A stretch of DNA of 64,000 nucleotides from positions 14,942,001 through 15,006,000 of the forward strand of contig OZ249436.1 of NCBI GenBank assembly GCA_965235115.1, read 5' to 3'. Below, one piece after another: positions 38,152-51,170 of this stretch. This DNA is from Laetmonice hystrix. Taxonomy: Eukaryota. The notes under the pieces are model-generated. The model ran no database searches. It was not told where the DNA came from and saw only the letters and a list, made by a program, of their open reading frames with translations. The position numbers and the translations under genes are program-made. How positions within the stretch are numbered: position 1 is the stretch's first letter; the number at the start of each line of letters is the position of its first letter.

Positions 38152-39355
38152 TTAGAGGAGGTGAAGGGTGGCAATCGCGACAAGCAGTGGAAAGGTGACG
38201 GATCTGACAACTGTAGCGTCATTCTGGGGTGTGTTTTGCACCTAGAAAAAGACAACAAAACTAATTTTAGACATAGGACTATAATCTAAATAATTATGAA
38301 GTCATTTCCTTTAGGTGTAGAAACATGATAATTCTACGTTTAGCCTCTATCATATGTAATGAGAAGGCTCTCAGAAATCTATGACATGTAATACTAAGAC
38401 AGAAATATGCGCAAGAGGTTCAAAGCAGTATACATGTACATATACTTCTTCTTAGAATCATAATATAATGTATCTATTCAACTTTCCATTTGAACGATTC
38501 TAACCCTTTTGTCGCTTACTGATAGTTCAGACACATAATTTGATAAAGTTAGTCGAATCAGTGAGACATTCTTGACATAAAGAAATATAAGAAATATAGT
38601 TATCATGCCACTAGCTCACGTATCCCTTAGTATAGTTCAGTGAAGCTCACCTGTGCTGTGGTGTCTGTTGTATTTTCTGCCATGGTGGTGGCCCCGTCGG
38701 TAGCGGTAGCGGTAGCGGCCGTGTTGATATCTGTAGGGGCGGTAGTATATGTGGCACCGGCCGCTGCTGCTGTTGTGGCGCTCGTAGTGACACCTTCACA
38801 TAGGCCTACACCTAGAATAAAACAGATTTTTCGTTAGGTAGAACGCATATTTCGATAACTTATGACTCCCCCCCCCCCTTCTGAGATCCAGTGAGGGCTT
38901 CTTTGGCGATTCTGAAAAAGGTACCATTTTTGACAAGTTGCTGGGATCCCTTTTCAGTTGATGACTTTATTAACGGCACATGCCCTTCAGCATATTGAAC
39001 TGCCCCCCAGCGATTTTTGGCAGTGTACTCATTTATTTTATTGATCAGAGTAACAACACTACATGGGCCAAGGCGATGCGCTGAACAATAAACATAGATA
39101 AACAGCAGAGCTCTGTAAATATGAATTGTCAACATTTACTGTCACTTAATCAGAACAGGTGCAAAGGAGAGTACGAGACACACATCATGTGATGATAACA
39201 TTAAAACTTATTAGCATTTTCGTGAATGGTACGCTGAATCATTATTACTGGTGAAAAACAAAACCAAACGGTATAAAATGTTGGCCTATAGCGTACTCAC
39301 CAAAAAAGGCGACCATGGCTAGACCTACGACAGCGGTGACGGCGATAGTTTTCAT
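38152..39355 (-). CDS. Diverged paralog 9 (101 aa): signal peptide, Thr/Ala-rich region, GPI-like tail
   Basis: Exons 39355-39301 (MKTIAVTAVVGLAMVAFF+G), 38811-38651 (GVGLCEGVTTSATT...ENTTDTTAQ) and 38241-38152 (VQNTPQNDATVVRSVTFPLLVAIATLHLL*). TATAAA at 39740-39735, 5'UTR donor near 39657. Confidence 0.83.
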
Positions 39356-41851
39356 GACGTTTGTGGTGGATTTACCCTGCAGGCTCTGGTTGTAAACAAC
39401 ACAAAGTAATATGTATTAAGCACTTAGGTTGGTGCGTCAGCTCATGTTCCCATAACGTAAACGCCTATAGTTTCGCGCAACTAGTTTCGAGTTCAATAAA
39501 GGCCTAATAGTAGTGCTCATTTACACTGAATTCCCCGACCGGTCTTAAAATATCGGTTCATGTGTATTTCGACAAAAGTATTATTATATATAACCGATAG
39601 GCTATTACGAATAGAAGAATGACACATAATCATGGTACATGGGAAGCAAATCTTACCGTTCGTGCACCTAGAGTGAGTGAAGCAGCTGCCCTTTGAACAA
39701 ACTGGAATAGTGAACTGTACGATAGCTGCTATCCTTTATAATGCTACGAGCTAAGCTGTTGCCATGAGTACAGGCAACAGTTGTTAAGGGTAGTCGGGCA
39801 CATGATAGAACTGTTTGTCAAACCCTGTTTTAGACGGCAAGTCCCTTGCAATCCTGACAGTGGATTAGGACGTTTTCTCAGGTCATAGTTATGCTTTTAA
39901 ATCCTTTTGAAAAGTTGGTTTCTTTTTTTAACCCCCCCCCCCCTTTAATCAATATGGATTAGTAAGAATGTTCAATCATTTAAATACCGGGTCAGTAGGA
40001 TCCCAGTAGTTAACCCTGACCCTAATGCAACGCTTCATATTACTATTATGTATAATACTCCACACTACAATCTGAAGCGAACTGAAGCGAACCATTGTGA
40101 ATTGTGTGGACAAATCCAGAACCCTTTAGCAAACGATGCCCGTTTTATGTAACATGAGTTGTCTTTTTTGGAATTTTTCTTCTGGTAGCTCTATGCTGAC
40201 TATGTGCGCCCCAAAAGTTGAATTCGACCCACCCTTTGGAAATCCTGGGGACACCTGTGAATGCGCATCAATGTGTATCACAGAATATGATTCTTTTCAC
40301 ACTAAAGACAAGTCGGTTTTGCGTATTGAATCGCTCCAAATGCGCAATCGCTCCAAATGTGCAATTGATACCATACCATTCAGTCTGAATGGTATGGTAT
40401 GAATTCTAGAAGGCGCATCAATGCACTTTCTGGGTTCTCGTGTGAAAACAGTACATGTACACGTATACAGTAACTGAATGCCCATATAAAACGATATCGA
40501 AACATTTATTTACAACATTCAGAAAGGCTTCTCTACGTGACCCAGGTAGACCTCTCTATATCACTATATTTAAAACAGGTAGGTCTCTTTTCTATGATTG
40601 AAAACATATATTTAAACATAATAAGGAAAACACGTTGACCTAAAAACCCATGATCAAATGTTTATAACACATGATCATTTAACGGGAAAGGGTTTTCCGC
40701 CGACAAGGTGTGGAACGCGATGTGTCAAAACCAGCGGGGGGGGGGGGTCAGTAAACGCATCGGCCGTCCGTCCAGTGACGGTCCAAAAATGGCAGTCCCT
40801 ACAACCAAACGACAGTAAATAGGCCTATCATGTAAAAAAGTTGTCAACACGTCGTAATTACACCTTATAGGCTACAGAGAACTAAATTATACTCATCATT
40901 TCGTGCGTTACCAACACTGCAACAATACAACAAACGGCCCTAATAAACGCTCAACCTTTTCACATGTCAATTAAGGCGATTTTATGCGATGTCGATATCC
41001 GAGCAAGCCGAGAGACCGCCGGAAACGGGGCAAGAGGTAGGACCAAATCTGGCGCCTTGCTGCTCAGATGACTTTAAATGCTTCACAATCTTTCCCATAA
41101 TCCCACCAAAAAAAACCCCACTGTATATCTCCCATGATATTGTGAAAAGAAAATTGAATTTAAATTCAATTCGTGACCGCTGGCCGCTTCTTTGCCATTT
41201 TACCATTAACCCAGAAACAAATGGACGTGACGCCTGGCTTATATATTTTGTTTACTTAGTAATTATTACAATCATGAGTGTAAGCTTCTACTTGGCATTA
41301 CCTTCACAGGTTATACCTATTACATGTATATACATGTGTAACAGTATAAATTTGCTTGATGTCAACACAATACGGTAATCTTACTCTATATTAACGTATT
41401 TTAAATATCAGGTTGTTATTGGAGATAACGAAGCGATTTTTCACTTCCCTTTCACTCGTGCATTTTATTACCTGATATGTCACAGCTGTTGTTTTTAATA
41501 CAATTTGTAAGTTCGTGGAACAGAAATATGATGTGTGATCAGTATTAAATAAATTAATGCAGCATCCAGTAAAATAGGAGTTCATTATTCAGAATAATAA
41601 TGATTCAGTCGTGATAAATAGAATGGTTTTATTTGGGAAACGATGCACCTTTCCCTCAGAATCCCAAATTAGTAGCTCGAGTAAATCCGAGATAGGTCAT
41701 CTGTTTGGCTAGATCCTAATGTCATGTCTTTTGACCTGGTACATGAACTGTTTTCTACTCGTTCGTGCATATCTCACACTACTCCCTCCCCGGTAATGAC
41801 CACATAGGATAAATTGCTAACAGTCTTATATACAGCAGTCAATTTTTAATG

Positions 41852-44800
41852 CTATATCAGTCTCTTTGTTTCGAGCGCTGTATTCGGCTCAGCCAGCAGC
41901 TGTGGGTCTACCCTGTACGGTTTACGGCCGAGGAGAAAGTAGACCACATTGAGGGCTCTCTGTGCCCAGCCCAGCCTGGTGGTGCCCCTGCCGGGCTGGA
42001 AGTAGGTGGTGTGGCCCTTACCGACCACCTTGAACTGGTAGTGGAGGAGGTTCACTCCCCACAGTATCGAGAGAAAGTTGGCCACCATGGTAGACCACAG
42101 CCATGAGTGTTGGTGGAAGGCAGCCCAGAGTTTGACCTTCATTCTCCACACGACCCGGTCGGATACTCGCTCCTGGAGGAAGAGCAGGCCAAAATAGATG
42201 AAGAGCATTTGAGCAAAAAGCACGACGATGATGAAGTTGACAAAAAGACGGTGGTTGTTACGAGCCACGCAGCGGTACAGAAATAGACAGTGGTGGTCCA
42301 TGCCGATGTAACATGTTTCACACAGTTTGCAATGCTTGGTCCATTGCGGGGGGACGATCTGTGGGAAACAGAAAATGTGGAATATCATTATCATTATCTC
42401 AGCACGTTTAGATTAGAACATCTCTGAATTCTGTTCGATCACAAGGTAAAGAAATATTTTGGTTTAATTATGTCGAAGATAGATTATGAAGATAATTTAA
42501 TGAGATAGTCAGTCAGAAACATTTCCTCAGTTTGATTAACTTCATCTGCCGAGATTTGTGGCTGAAGTTATCAGTTACCAGTAATCCCATGCCATCAGAT
42601 CGACCTCTTTCAGTACATGTATTGGATATTTGCAGTTCGATAACAAATAGTGGTTTCTTCAACAAGACAACAAACACACCTCACAAGCTTTACAGAAAGC
42701 CTGAACTGGCCTTGTGCCCGTGCCCACATCGAGAATACTGTACTCCTCTCCGTTGGGCTTCACCTCCGACCTTTTGACGACACCTAGAACGGAGATAAAA
42801 ATATGTGTGTTTACTCCATGACTCACCCATAGAAAGCTGACATGAACAACAGAACCGACTCATGAATGTTTTTAACATCGAGGTTCCTGGAAGATTATCT
42901 GCAGTATTCACAATGAATATTCTACAAGTACATGTATCTCTCCAGTCTTATGGGCGGACCATTTGATACGTGGGGGGGGGGGGGACACAGGAAAAAAAAT
43001 AGTTTGTTCGATATGTAAAAAGATGTATAGTATAGTCCAAATGGGGAAAGACTAGTTTGATTAATGGTCATAGCGAGAAAAAAAGATAGCTTCGGCCTGG
43101 GGGCAAAAAAAAAAGTTTGCTCATGAAGAAAAAACCATAGCCCCCCCCCCTCCGTATCGAATGGTCTGCCCCTTATGGTTTTTATACAATGACCCATAGA
43201 CAGTTTCTCTATCCATCTGAAAACCCACCTCTAAATGCTCCATACTCTAAATAATGGGCTGAATCCCCACTTCACACAAATTGTGCACCACTAGTATTTT
43301 GTTGCAGTTCAATGCCTGATAAAGATATGATTGTCAATAGTCTGCTATCTGTGATTCTGTGGCAGCAATTTACCTGGATCGCCTGTCAGCAGTCTGTAGT
43401 ACATGGAGAATATCACAACGTTATAGACGACGGTGAAGACCACCGTGGCCAGATGATCGGGATACAACTCTGTTTGAAGGTCAAGGATAGAGTTCACAAA
43501 ATCCTATCAGCCCCTCACTGGAAGCTATCTGAGGCAGGCTCGAAATCTTGGCAGCCATTCATAGGAAACAAATAAATCATCTCTACTGTATTCTGCTTTG
43601 GTTGGTGAGATTCTTCCATTGTTATACACCCTATGGAAAAATATTTACCTTTCTGAAATAGCAGTTTAACTTTCATTGGTTGTTACTATCAGGATTTAGA
43701 CCATTTTAGCTTATGGTCAAGGATACCAGGAAATAAAACAGCATAATAACAGATGGTTGTGTGGAAAAGACCTGCAGCAAACATTCCCATAAACATTGGG
43801 TTCGGCCACCTGCATCAGGCGAAAGGACAAATTTATTAACCAACCTGTGAAAAAAGCCTCTTATGGAACACGATATGGACTCTGCAGTTCAATATAATGA
43901 CTTTTAGACAGCTAAGCAATATTAGTTCACATCTAATTTGTAAAAAAAGATCTTGCAGTACAACAGCTAATCCAGTGCTGGAGAAGTTTAGCATGTCATC
44001 TTGACCGGCCAGATCATAACTGTGAAGGATGCATGACACACCGACAGTACCGCAGTGACACAGCAATTCAGCATTCATTGCCTGCTACTGGGGCAGGTAT
44101 GGGGAGGGGGCCATAAATCTGGATATAACTGGTATAACTAAAGCCATCTGAGAAAAGCACCCCCAGGAATGCTGAAATCACTGATTAGTTTTCAAAACTC
44201 AAGTACCAGGACTGTTTAACTTGGAGGCCTTTTTTTCCTCTCTTTTTTTATTGACAGTAAAAAATATACCCGTAGCACTGATAAATTCCTTTGTCTCTTT
44301 TCTTCACTTCTTAACACTAAAAATGACACAAATGATACATTATTGAATTACTGACCAACCCATCCACAACGTAATCTGACATGATCTCCAATTAAAAAAA
44401 TTGTAAGGGACATGTAAAAAATGCCAGACTTTTAGGAATCTACCAGGGGTACCAACACTGATACTCATAAATGTTCTTGTTCATCATATAAATTATAATG
44501 GCAGATCCAAGGTTCCGCATATCTTGATGGAAAGTATCTCACCTGCACATATGCTTCAACCTGTGACCTTGTTGCATTGTGATCAAAAGTATGGTGACCA
44601 TGCAGCCCAACATAAGAAAACCAGCGTGGCTTGGGACACAATGTGTGGCACCTAGACCTAGTGCATAGAGAAGGAATGGTTGGAACAGCATCAACCACCA
44701 CACCCACTGAGGGCCGGCTATCTTTTGACCACGCCCACCTTTCAGCATCTTACTGTAGTAGTCCAACATTATCACGACTGGTACAAATCTGAAAAAAAAA

Positions 44801-47800
44801 CCAGAAGCAATTAAATTTCTTGGACCTGTCAAATTTTTATCATTAAATTTATTGGAACTTTGATAATCGTTTTCTAATTCACCAAATACAGCTATTGCAG
44901 GTATCATTTGCCTAGCGTCAATACAGAGTGTGTTTTGGATCATCAATACATTGCCTACCTGTTGCCTATCATGTTTAGTCTGTACTCACTTTGGCTGAGT
45001 TCCCTGCTTAGCCAGGTCCACAGGACTAAGACCTTGACTGTTTGGCTGATGTAACACTGGGATACCCCCAGCCTGAAGCAGCTGCCAGCACGCCATCGAG
45101 TGGCCATGCAGGGCGGCTATGTGTAGTGGTGTGTTTCCAGCAGAATTACACTGATGTATATTGGAACGCTGCCAAAAAATACCATTTGTAAAGGTTCAAA
45201 GAGCTCTGCTATTTCAACATACCACTTCAAAGGTCTATTTTGCTTTAAGTAAAATTTCAAGAAGTTGATAGTAGACAGACAGCAAATCCAAATACTGCTA
45301 TGTGATCTGAACTCTGTACAATTATGATCTGCTGCCATGCTGAAGGTTTTCATGTTTGTACCTGTACTAGCTGATTACGTATGGTACTGGAAGATGTAAT
45401 AGGCCACTGGAGCTTACCTCGTTTTTAAGCAGATATACAACTGCCTCAGCATGACCATGGGTGCAGGAAATATGGAGGGCTGAGTTGCCATCTTTATCCA
45501 CAGCCTGCAGGCTCAGGCCCACAACAGTAGACAGATAGTGCAACATTGGCCTGCAAAAACACATACATGATAGCCATGGCCAACTTAAAGCAAACCTCTT
45601 GCAACTAAAATTCTGGGCCCCGTCTTACTAAGAATATCCCTCGCCAAACGGCGACATCGCCAAACGGCGATGTCCCGGCGACATCCCCCGATGACTGTCT
45701 TACTAACAGGTCGCCGATTGCCGCTTATGCTGATGATAATTCGCCCAGCAGAGAAACTTAGAACACGATGTTTAACACAGGGATGAAAGTGGCCAGCTGT
45801 AAAATTTCCTGAAATTCTGACCGGGGGGGGGGGGGGAGCGGCGGGGGCCAATGTCCATAATTAATATTTGTTCATGCGCACATCCAAGGCTTACCCCCCC
45901 CCCCTTAAAAAAAGTCAGGCTAGGAACAGCAGACAATCATGATCCGATAAGGCCTCCTAGCTATTATATATTATAGGGCCTAGCCCTCAGTATTTAGTCG
46001 CCACCCCCCCCCCCACCCCCACCCCTCAACCCCCCCACCCCTGCAAATTTGCTGGATAGACTCCATCACTCATCAGTCCATGCCCCTGTTCAAGGCTGTT
46101 GCTTGCCTGTCACTCAGTCACAGTCAGTGCATGTCAACCTCTGCCTGGCTCTGCCGTCTCCCTCCAACATTGGAATCCAGTCGGCTTTTAGCGTCCAAAA
46201 TGCAACCGATTACGTTGTCAAACAGCTTCCATGTGTTAGACTGACCACACAGGCTGTCCATCAGTCTTGACCCTCAGCAGTCACGACCCTCAGCGGCTCT
46301 CAGCCAAGCAACACAGGCTTCGCTGAGTCGAGTGGTTCAGCCCGTGTGTCCATGTGCCACTCATGTTGTTGTGAAAATTGTCACTTCCGGTCTTATCAGG
46401 ACACCTGCACTGATCGACAAATGTAATGAAAAGTCCTGACAACCCCAAAACTTCAGTGAAAACCACTTACGTAATGCCATTATCCTCAAATTTATATGCA
46501 AGAACACATTATGAGAACTTACTGACATATATACTAGGCAGATTCATAGAACTAAATTGACCCAGTTTCCTGTGAGGAGTGACATTGTGATGGTGCATAG
46601 TTCGTCAGCCTAATCACTATCACCAACGCCGGGACTAGACAGACCGGTCTGTCTATACTATAGTCTCGTTCACTAAGTGAGCGCTCAGGCAAAACTCGCG
46701 CATGGATATGGCATAATGGCAAGCCTGAATCAACGGGCTTCGCAGCTGCCTGACCATCAATTTTGCCTGAAGTCATTACCTGAGGTGAGTCGCTCTCACC
46801 ACAGCGACACGGGGCCGTGCCTGCCAGACGGGACAGACGCCACCGCGTGCCGGTAGAAGTCAGCCCACGTGGGCCGGTCTATGTGAGCGATGTCACCACA
46901 GCTACAGGGACCAGCACCCCCGGCAGACCGGCCTATGCACGGTGGCACCCGTGACACTGAACGGGTTTGAGACACTCTAATATCCCCATCTATAAACGAA
47001 CTTTGGCAGGTAGAGATATATTGAGCTGCATGGTGTTAAAAAACGTCCTGGAAGGGGATATTGTTTCATTTGATATTAATTGCCCACCACACAGTCCAGG
47101 GCAATACTTAGCTTTGGCTTAGGCCTACCTCTTTTGCCTATAGATCTAGGCCTATTTTCTTTTTTGGGTGTTATTTCTTGGGGGGGGGGGATTTTTTCAA
47201 ATTTCCTGATTTCAGGAAATTTCCTGAAAACTTTCATCCCTGTTAACACCCTTTAAAGTCCATTTTACATTCTTACCTTTTACAAAATAGATATCTAAAA
47301 TCATGAGCTCAACTTATGCCGTTTGACCATGATAAACTAACATTCCAAAACACGCTATTTTAGACGTCCGCCATGCCCGTTCACTGTGTCAGCTAGAATC
47401 ACTGTCTATTTTGACGTCGGACAATGGTTTGTTTGGACGTCACGTAGCGCTCACTGTAAACCCAAACGTTGTGTTTTTGGCACTGGGGAGAGAAAGCAAG
47501 ATCTCTACTTCACGGTTAGACACATTTTAGCCTTAATTTACGTAAAGATGTAACTCTAATTAACAGTTTTTTATTGGCGATTTTGCGGCGACTGCTCAGT
47601 AGCACTCCCCGCCAAAGTCGCCAAATTGGCGACATCGCCAGTGAGGGATTTTTTAGTAAGACACCTAGAGCTGGCGATGTCGCCAATTTGGCGACTTTGA
47701 CGGCGATATTGCGGCGACCTACGTTAGTAAGACGGGCCCCTGTCCCTTTTCTTTAGGATAATATAAGATGTCCTTTTAACTTGAAGAAAGGAAACGGCAT

Positions 47801-49174
47801 CACTATGATGATGTCACATCATTAATTGAATCTTTCTTTAAAAAATATTTTCGTGACAAGAATCACATCAAGTTTTAAAACTGAATCCGTGAAAAGAATG
47901 ATAATCTCGTGACAGGGCTTGATCTTCACACTTGCCCAGATTCTGTGACAACTGGAAGTTTGTACAGACTACCAGAGAAGCCCAAACTGTTAGACTGACT
48001 CAGTGACTGGAGAGTGATTTATATTTAGTGAGGAACTGAACTTTGTTGGATGGTGAAGCAACTGTTATGTTTGCATCAATCATGTGAACTGATCGTTTTT
48101 TGAAGTGTTTAATGTTTTATTTGAAGTTTAAAGTGTTTTTTGTTTATTGAAGGTTTTTCTAAAATGTTTGCTATAAATTTCATACCTAGGTCATTATACT
48201 AGACATGGTTAACGTAGTCGTTTTCTTCCCATTTGTAAAATCTGCTGCAGGCTAGTGACTTTTTCCTGTTACTAGCCTGACTGGCTAGTAGCAAAAAATG
48301 GGAAGATGGAGCACATCATGACTTACACAGCTCCACTGTGTGCTGCATGCAAGATGGTACCCTTTCCTCCATAGTCTACAAGGGTGACATCCCCGCCCTT
48401 TTGCATCAACATGTGTATGACTTCCGGGTTCCCACGCTTGCAGGCAAAGTGGACAGGTGTCTCTGCATAGTTGTTCTTGGCATTTGGATCACCTCCATTG
48501 TCCAGGATTATCTCGACAGCCTCAGATGGTGCTGAAAGGACAGCTCTGTGCAGGAGGGTCTGCCCATTAAAACCTATACCGGTACAACATCAAAAGAATT
48601 TAATATAGATCCATAATACCACCTGGGTAAATGAAATATAAACATTTCTACCATTAGTATTCTCTCCCTGGTTGTGAGTAAAGAGGTTAAATAAGTACAA
48701 TGGCTATTGCTATTCCTACTGACAAGTTGCCAATTTTACACTAGATATTAACCCTGCCCTTAGATATCATAAATAATGGATGGCATAGCAATCTGAAATG
48801 TGCAGGTGAAACATTTTCTGTGATGAGTACCTTTTCAGCACCATCTGCTGGATAATTACTGCAATACAGCAACTTGAGCAAGGGTCACTCGATCAGCAAA
48901 TATTTTTATTCCAGGATATCCCTTCTGATAGCTCTCTTTTAATAGTACATATTGTGATTACCAATTTTTGTCTCAGTGAATGTATCTCATGATACTTCAG
49001 AACTTTACCTTTCTGTGTAAGCACCTCCGGATGGAAATCAATATAACCCTGCAGCAGCTCTGGTGCCAGCAGGCACATATCAATGACAGCACCCCCGTCT
49101 GGCATGGCAGGTCCTGAAGGGGGTGGTCTGGGTGAAGATGGGAGGGGACCGGGCAGGTAGCCAGGTAATGACAT
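41852..49174 (-). CDS. Ankyrin-repeat DHHC-type palmitoyltransferase (about 586 aa)
   Basis: Exons 49174-49009, 48573-48327, 45550-45418, 45168-44990, 44788-44543, 43809-43727, 43469-43374, 42783-42680 and 42358-41852 sum to 1761 nt with consistent phases. Ankyrin motifs (GQTLLHRAV, ETPVHFACKRG, GNSALHISC, GNTPLHIAALHGH), TM segments, a DPG motif and CKAC...HCKLCETC...DHHC. AATAAA at 41633-41628. Confidence 0.9.
45616..47739. mobile_element. Harbinger/PHIS-like non-autonomous element in the DHHC gene intron
   Basis: TIR GG(C/G)CCCGTCTTACTAA; CTG duplicated at 45613-45615 and 47740-47742; sub-terminal GGCGAC/GTCGCC repeats. Confidence 0.8.
45779..47241. mobile_element. Nested hAT-like element inside the previous element
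   Basis: TIR AGGGATGAAAG...CTTTCATCCCT; 8-bp flanks TTTAACAC and GTTAACAC (1 mismatch); sub-terminal TTTCCTGA repeats. Confidence 0.7.
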
Positions 49175-50639
49175 CAGTTTTGTTGGCTACAAATATTTTA
49201 AAAACCAGTGTTTTTTACAATGTGGAGAACATATTTTAAAACCAGTAATGCCTGCATTTTTCACTCTTCAAGCATATAGAGTCTAACGTTATATCTGATA
49301 GTTCACAACTTGAAACTGAAACTTGAGTATTTTGTCAAGACTATAAGAAGGATGGCCACAACACATTTTGTATGATTCTTATAGAATGCTGCCACTAACT
49401 GCTTCATTTTTAGTACGCAGTATATTTCCTTGCGAAATTTGTGGGCAAAGTTGGATATTTTCCGTTGAATTGAAAAAGACGCTCATGAATCTTTTTACCC
49501 ATTTTTTTTATCACTAGTCACAGGAAAACGATGTTTCCCCTAATTTAAGCTTAATTATAAGAAGAATATATGTTTATTTTATCTGTGATATGTTGGCCAA
49601 CAACCAGATGGTAATAGAGATCTAGAACAGAAGTATTTTTCAGTAGATCTAGATTCTACTTTCTGCATTATTATTGCACGGGTATCGTGTTTATATCCTT
49701 GCCCTAGCTCCCTTTATTTTTAATTGATTAATTATTAATATCCAAAAGGAGTGCAGTTTCACCTCACGAGCAAAAACAAGGGATAAACATGGGGAATAAC
49801 CCGTACAAGATCTACTACAGTGTACTGGCACTGGTCAGTCTCCGTACCCCCCCCCCCCTCCCGAACACAGGTTTAGCTACAAAATTTTGTTTAACGCTAA
49901 CCCGCCCCATGGCATACTGTTGACACAGACTATGCTCTCCCTCAGTCTGTGCAGTTGCCAACCAAAGGCTGAATAAAAACCTACCGGTGGAACACTCCAT
50001 CCTCCAGGCACAGGCACGGCGCCATCAGGACAATGGAGACGCCCTTCCGGATGCAGACTCTGGCCGCTTTCCCGGAGCATCGCTGCCAGTGTTGTCAACG
50101 CATACACCACACCCTCGTTGTCAACTTCCCGTAGTAAGCACTAGGTGGCGCCTCTGTCAGAACGTTTGTAACTTGTACAAGTTGTAGTCTAGCTAGCTAA
50201 GTAAGAGGTAGCTTAGGCTAGACTATAAGTTAGAAAAGTGATCTGTATCATAGCCAGGTATGTAAGACGCCCCTATTTGACATAACTTTGGGTTAATAAA
50301 ATGATAAAGGTGATGGCTTATTGCACTACCGTCACCTGGTGGGAGGCTTAAGGTTCTATGGGAGAAACATAACGAGACCTATGCTATGTCTTAGCCGTTA
50401 CAACGAATTTGGCGCTATCTCTCCCCCCTCCCCGTAGACTCCGTAGTAGGCCTCCCGAGGAAGCGAAGGCCGGTAGTTGGTATGTTTTGAACCGAAATAT
50501 CCTAAATTAATCAGATATAGGCCGTGACTAAAGAAAACAATATGTATCATTGAAAATGCGGTTGAAGGACATGTAAAACTTGGCAAGACATTTTTTGGAT
50601 AATCTTAAATTGAATAGTATACTTTCATTAACCCTATTA

Positions 50640-51170
50640 TCGCCCGTTTAAAAAAAAGGGGGGAGATAGACCTTGTTGCCGCGTTTTCCGCATGGCGGCA
50701 GCACTGTGCTAGCGGTTCTGAAGGGAACATTTTAGCATAGAATTAGATAGGCTGATATCTGCTAATCTGTGGCTGGTTGCCATACCGACATTTGTTCTAA
50801 AGTCAGTAAAGAGGTATGACAATTTTTAGACTTCTTTCATTCACTTTACTATACGAGTTAATAGCGAGCGCAGCGAGCTCTATGACAACACGTGTGAAAG
50901 GGTAGCCAAGGTGACACATACCGTCTCACAAAAAGATTTCGTCACGTAAAACCGGAACCGGAAAAACCATGGAGCAAATCCATGGAGAAATCCATGGGGG
51001 GTCATGTGACCCTTGCAGAGCGTGTGCGATTTGTGCTGTCGCAGTGAACAAACGGTCGCGTGAGTGTTTGTTCACTGTGACGCCACAATATCCCGACGTC
51101 CGTGCTGCTAAGTCCTGACATTGTATATTGTTATAATATGATATTGTAGGCCTCCCGTCGATGTGCTCGC
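50640..51170. promoter_or_regulatory. Candidate bidirectional promoter of the DHHC gene and LARP7
   Basis: CpG-rich stretch between divergent genes; CCGGAA twice at about 50952-50963, palindromic E-box GTCATGTGAC at 51001, plus-strand donor GTGAGT at 51060. Confidence 0.5.

Noticed and set aside
41852-49174. Gene symbol ZDHHC17/ZDHHC13
   Set aside because: The domain order is similar but the DHHC-domain sequence departs from the HIP14 consensus; orthology cannot be shown without a tree.
50670-50700. Strong Kozak ATG (GCCGCCATG) on the minus strand as the DHHC start
   Set aside because: The nearby donor is weak and would join out of frame with the exon containing ATG 49174.
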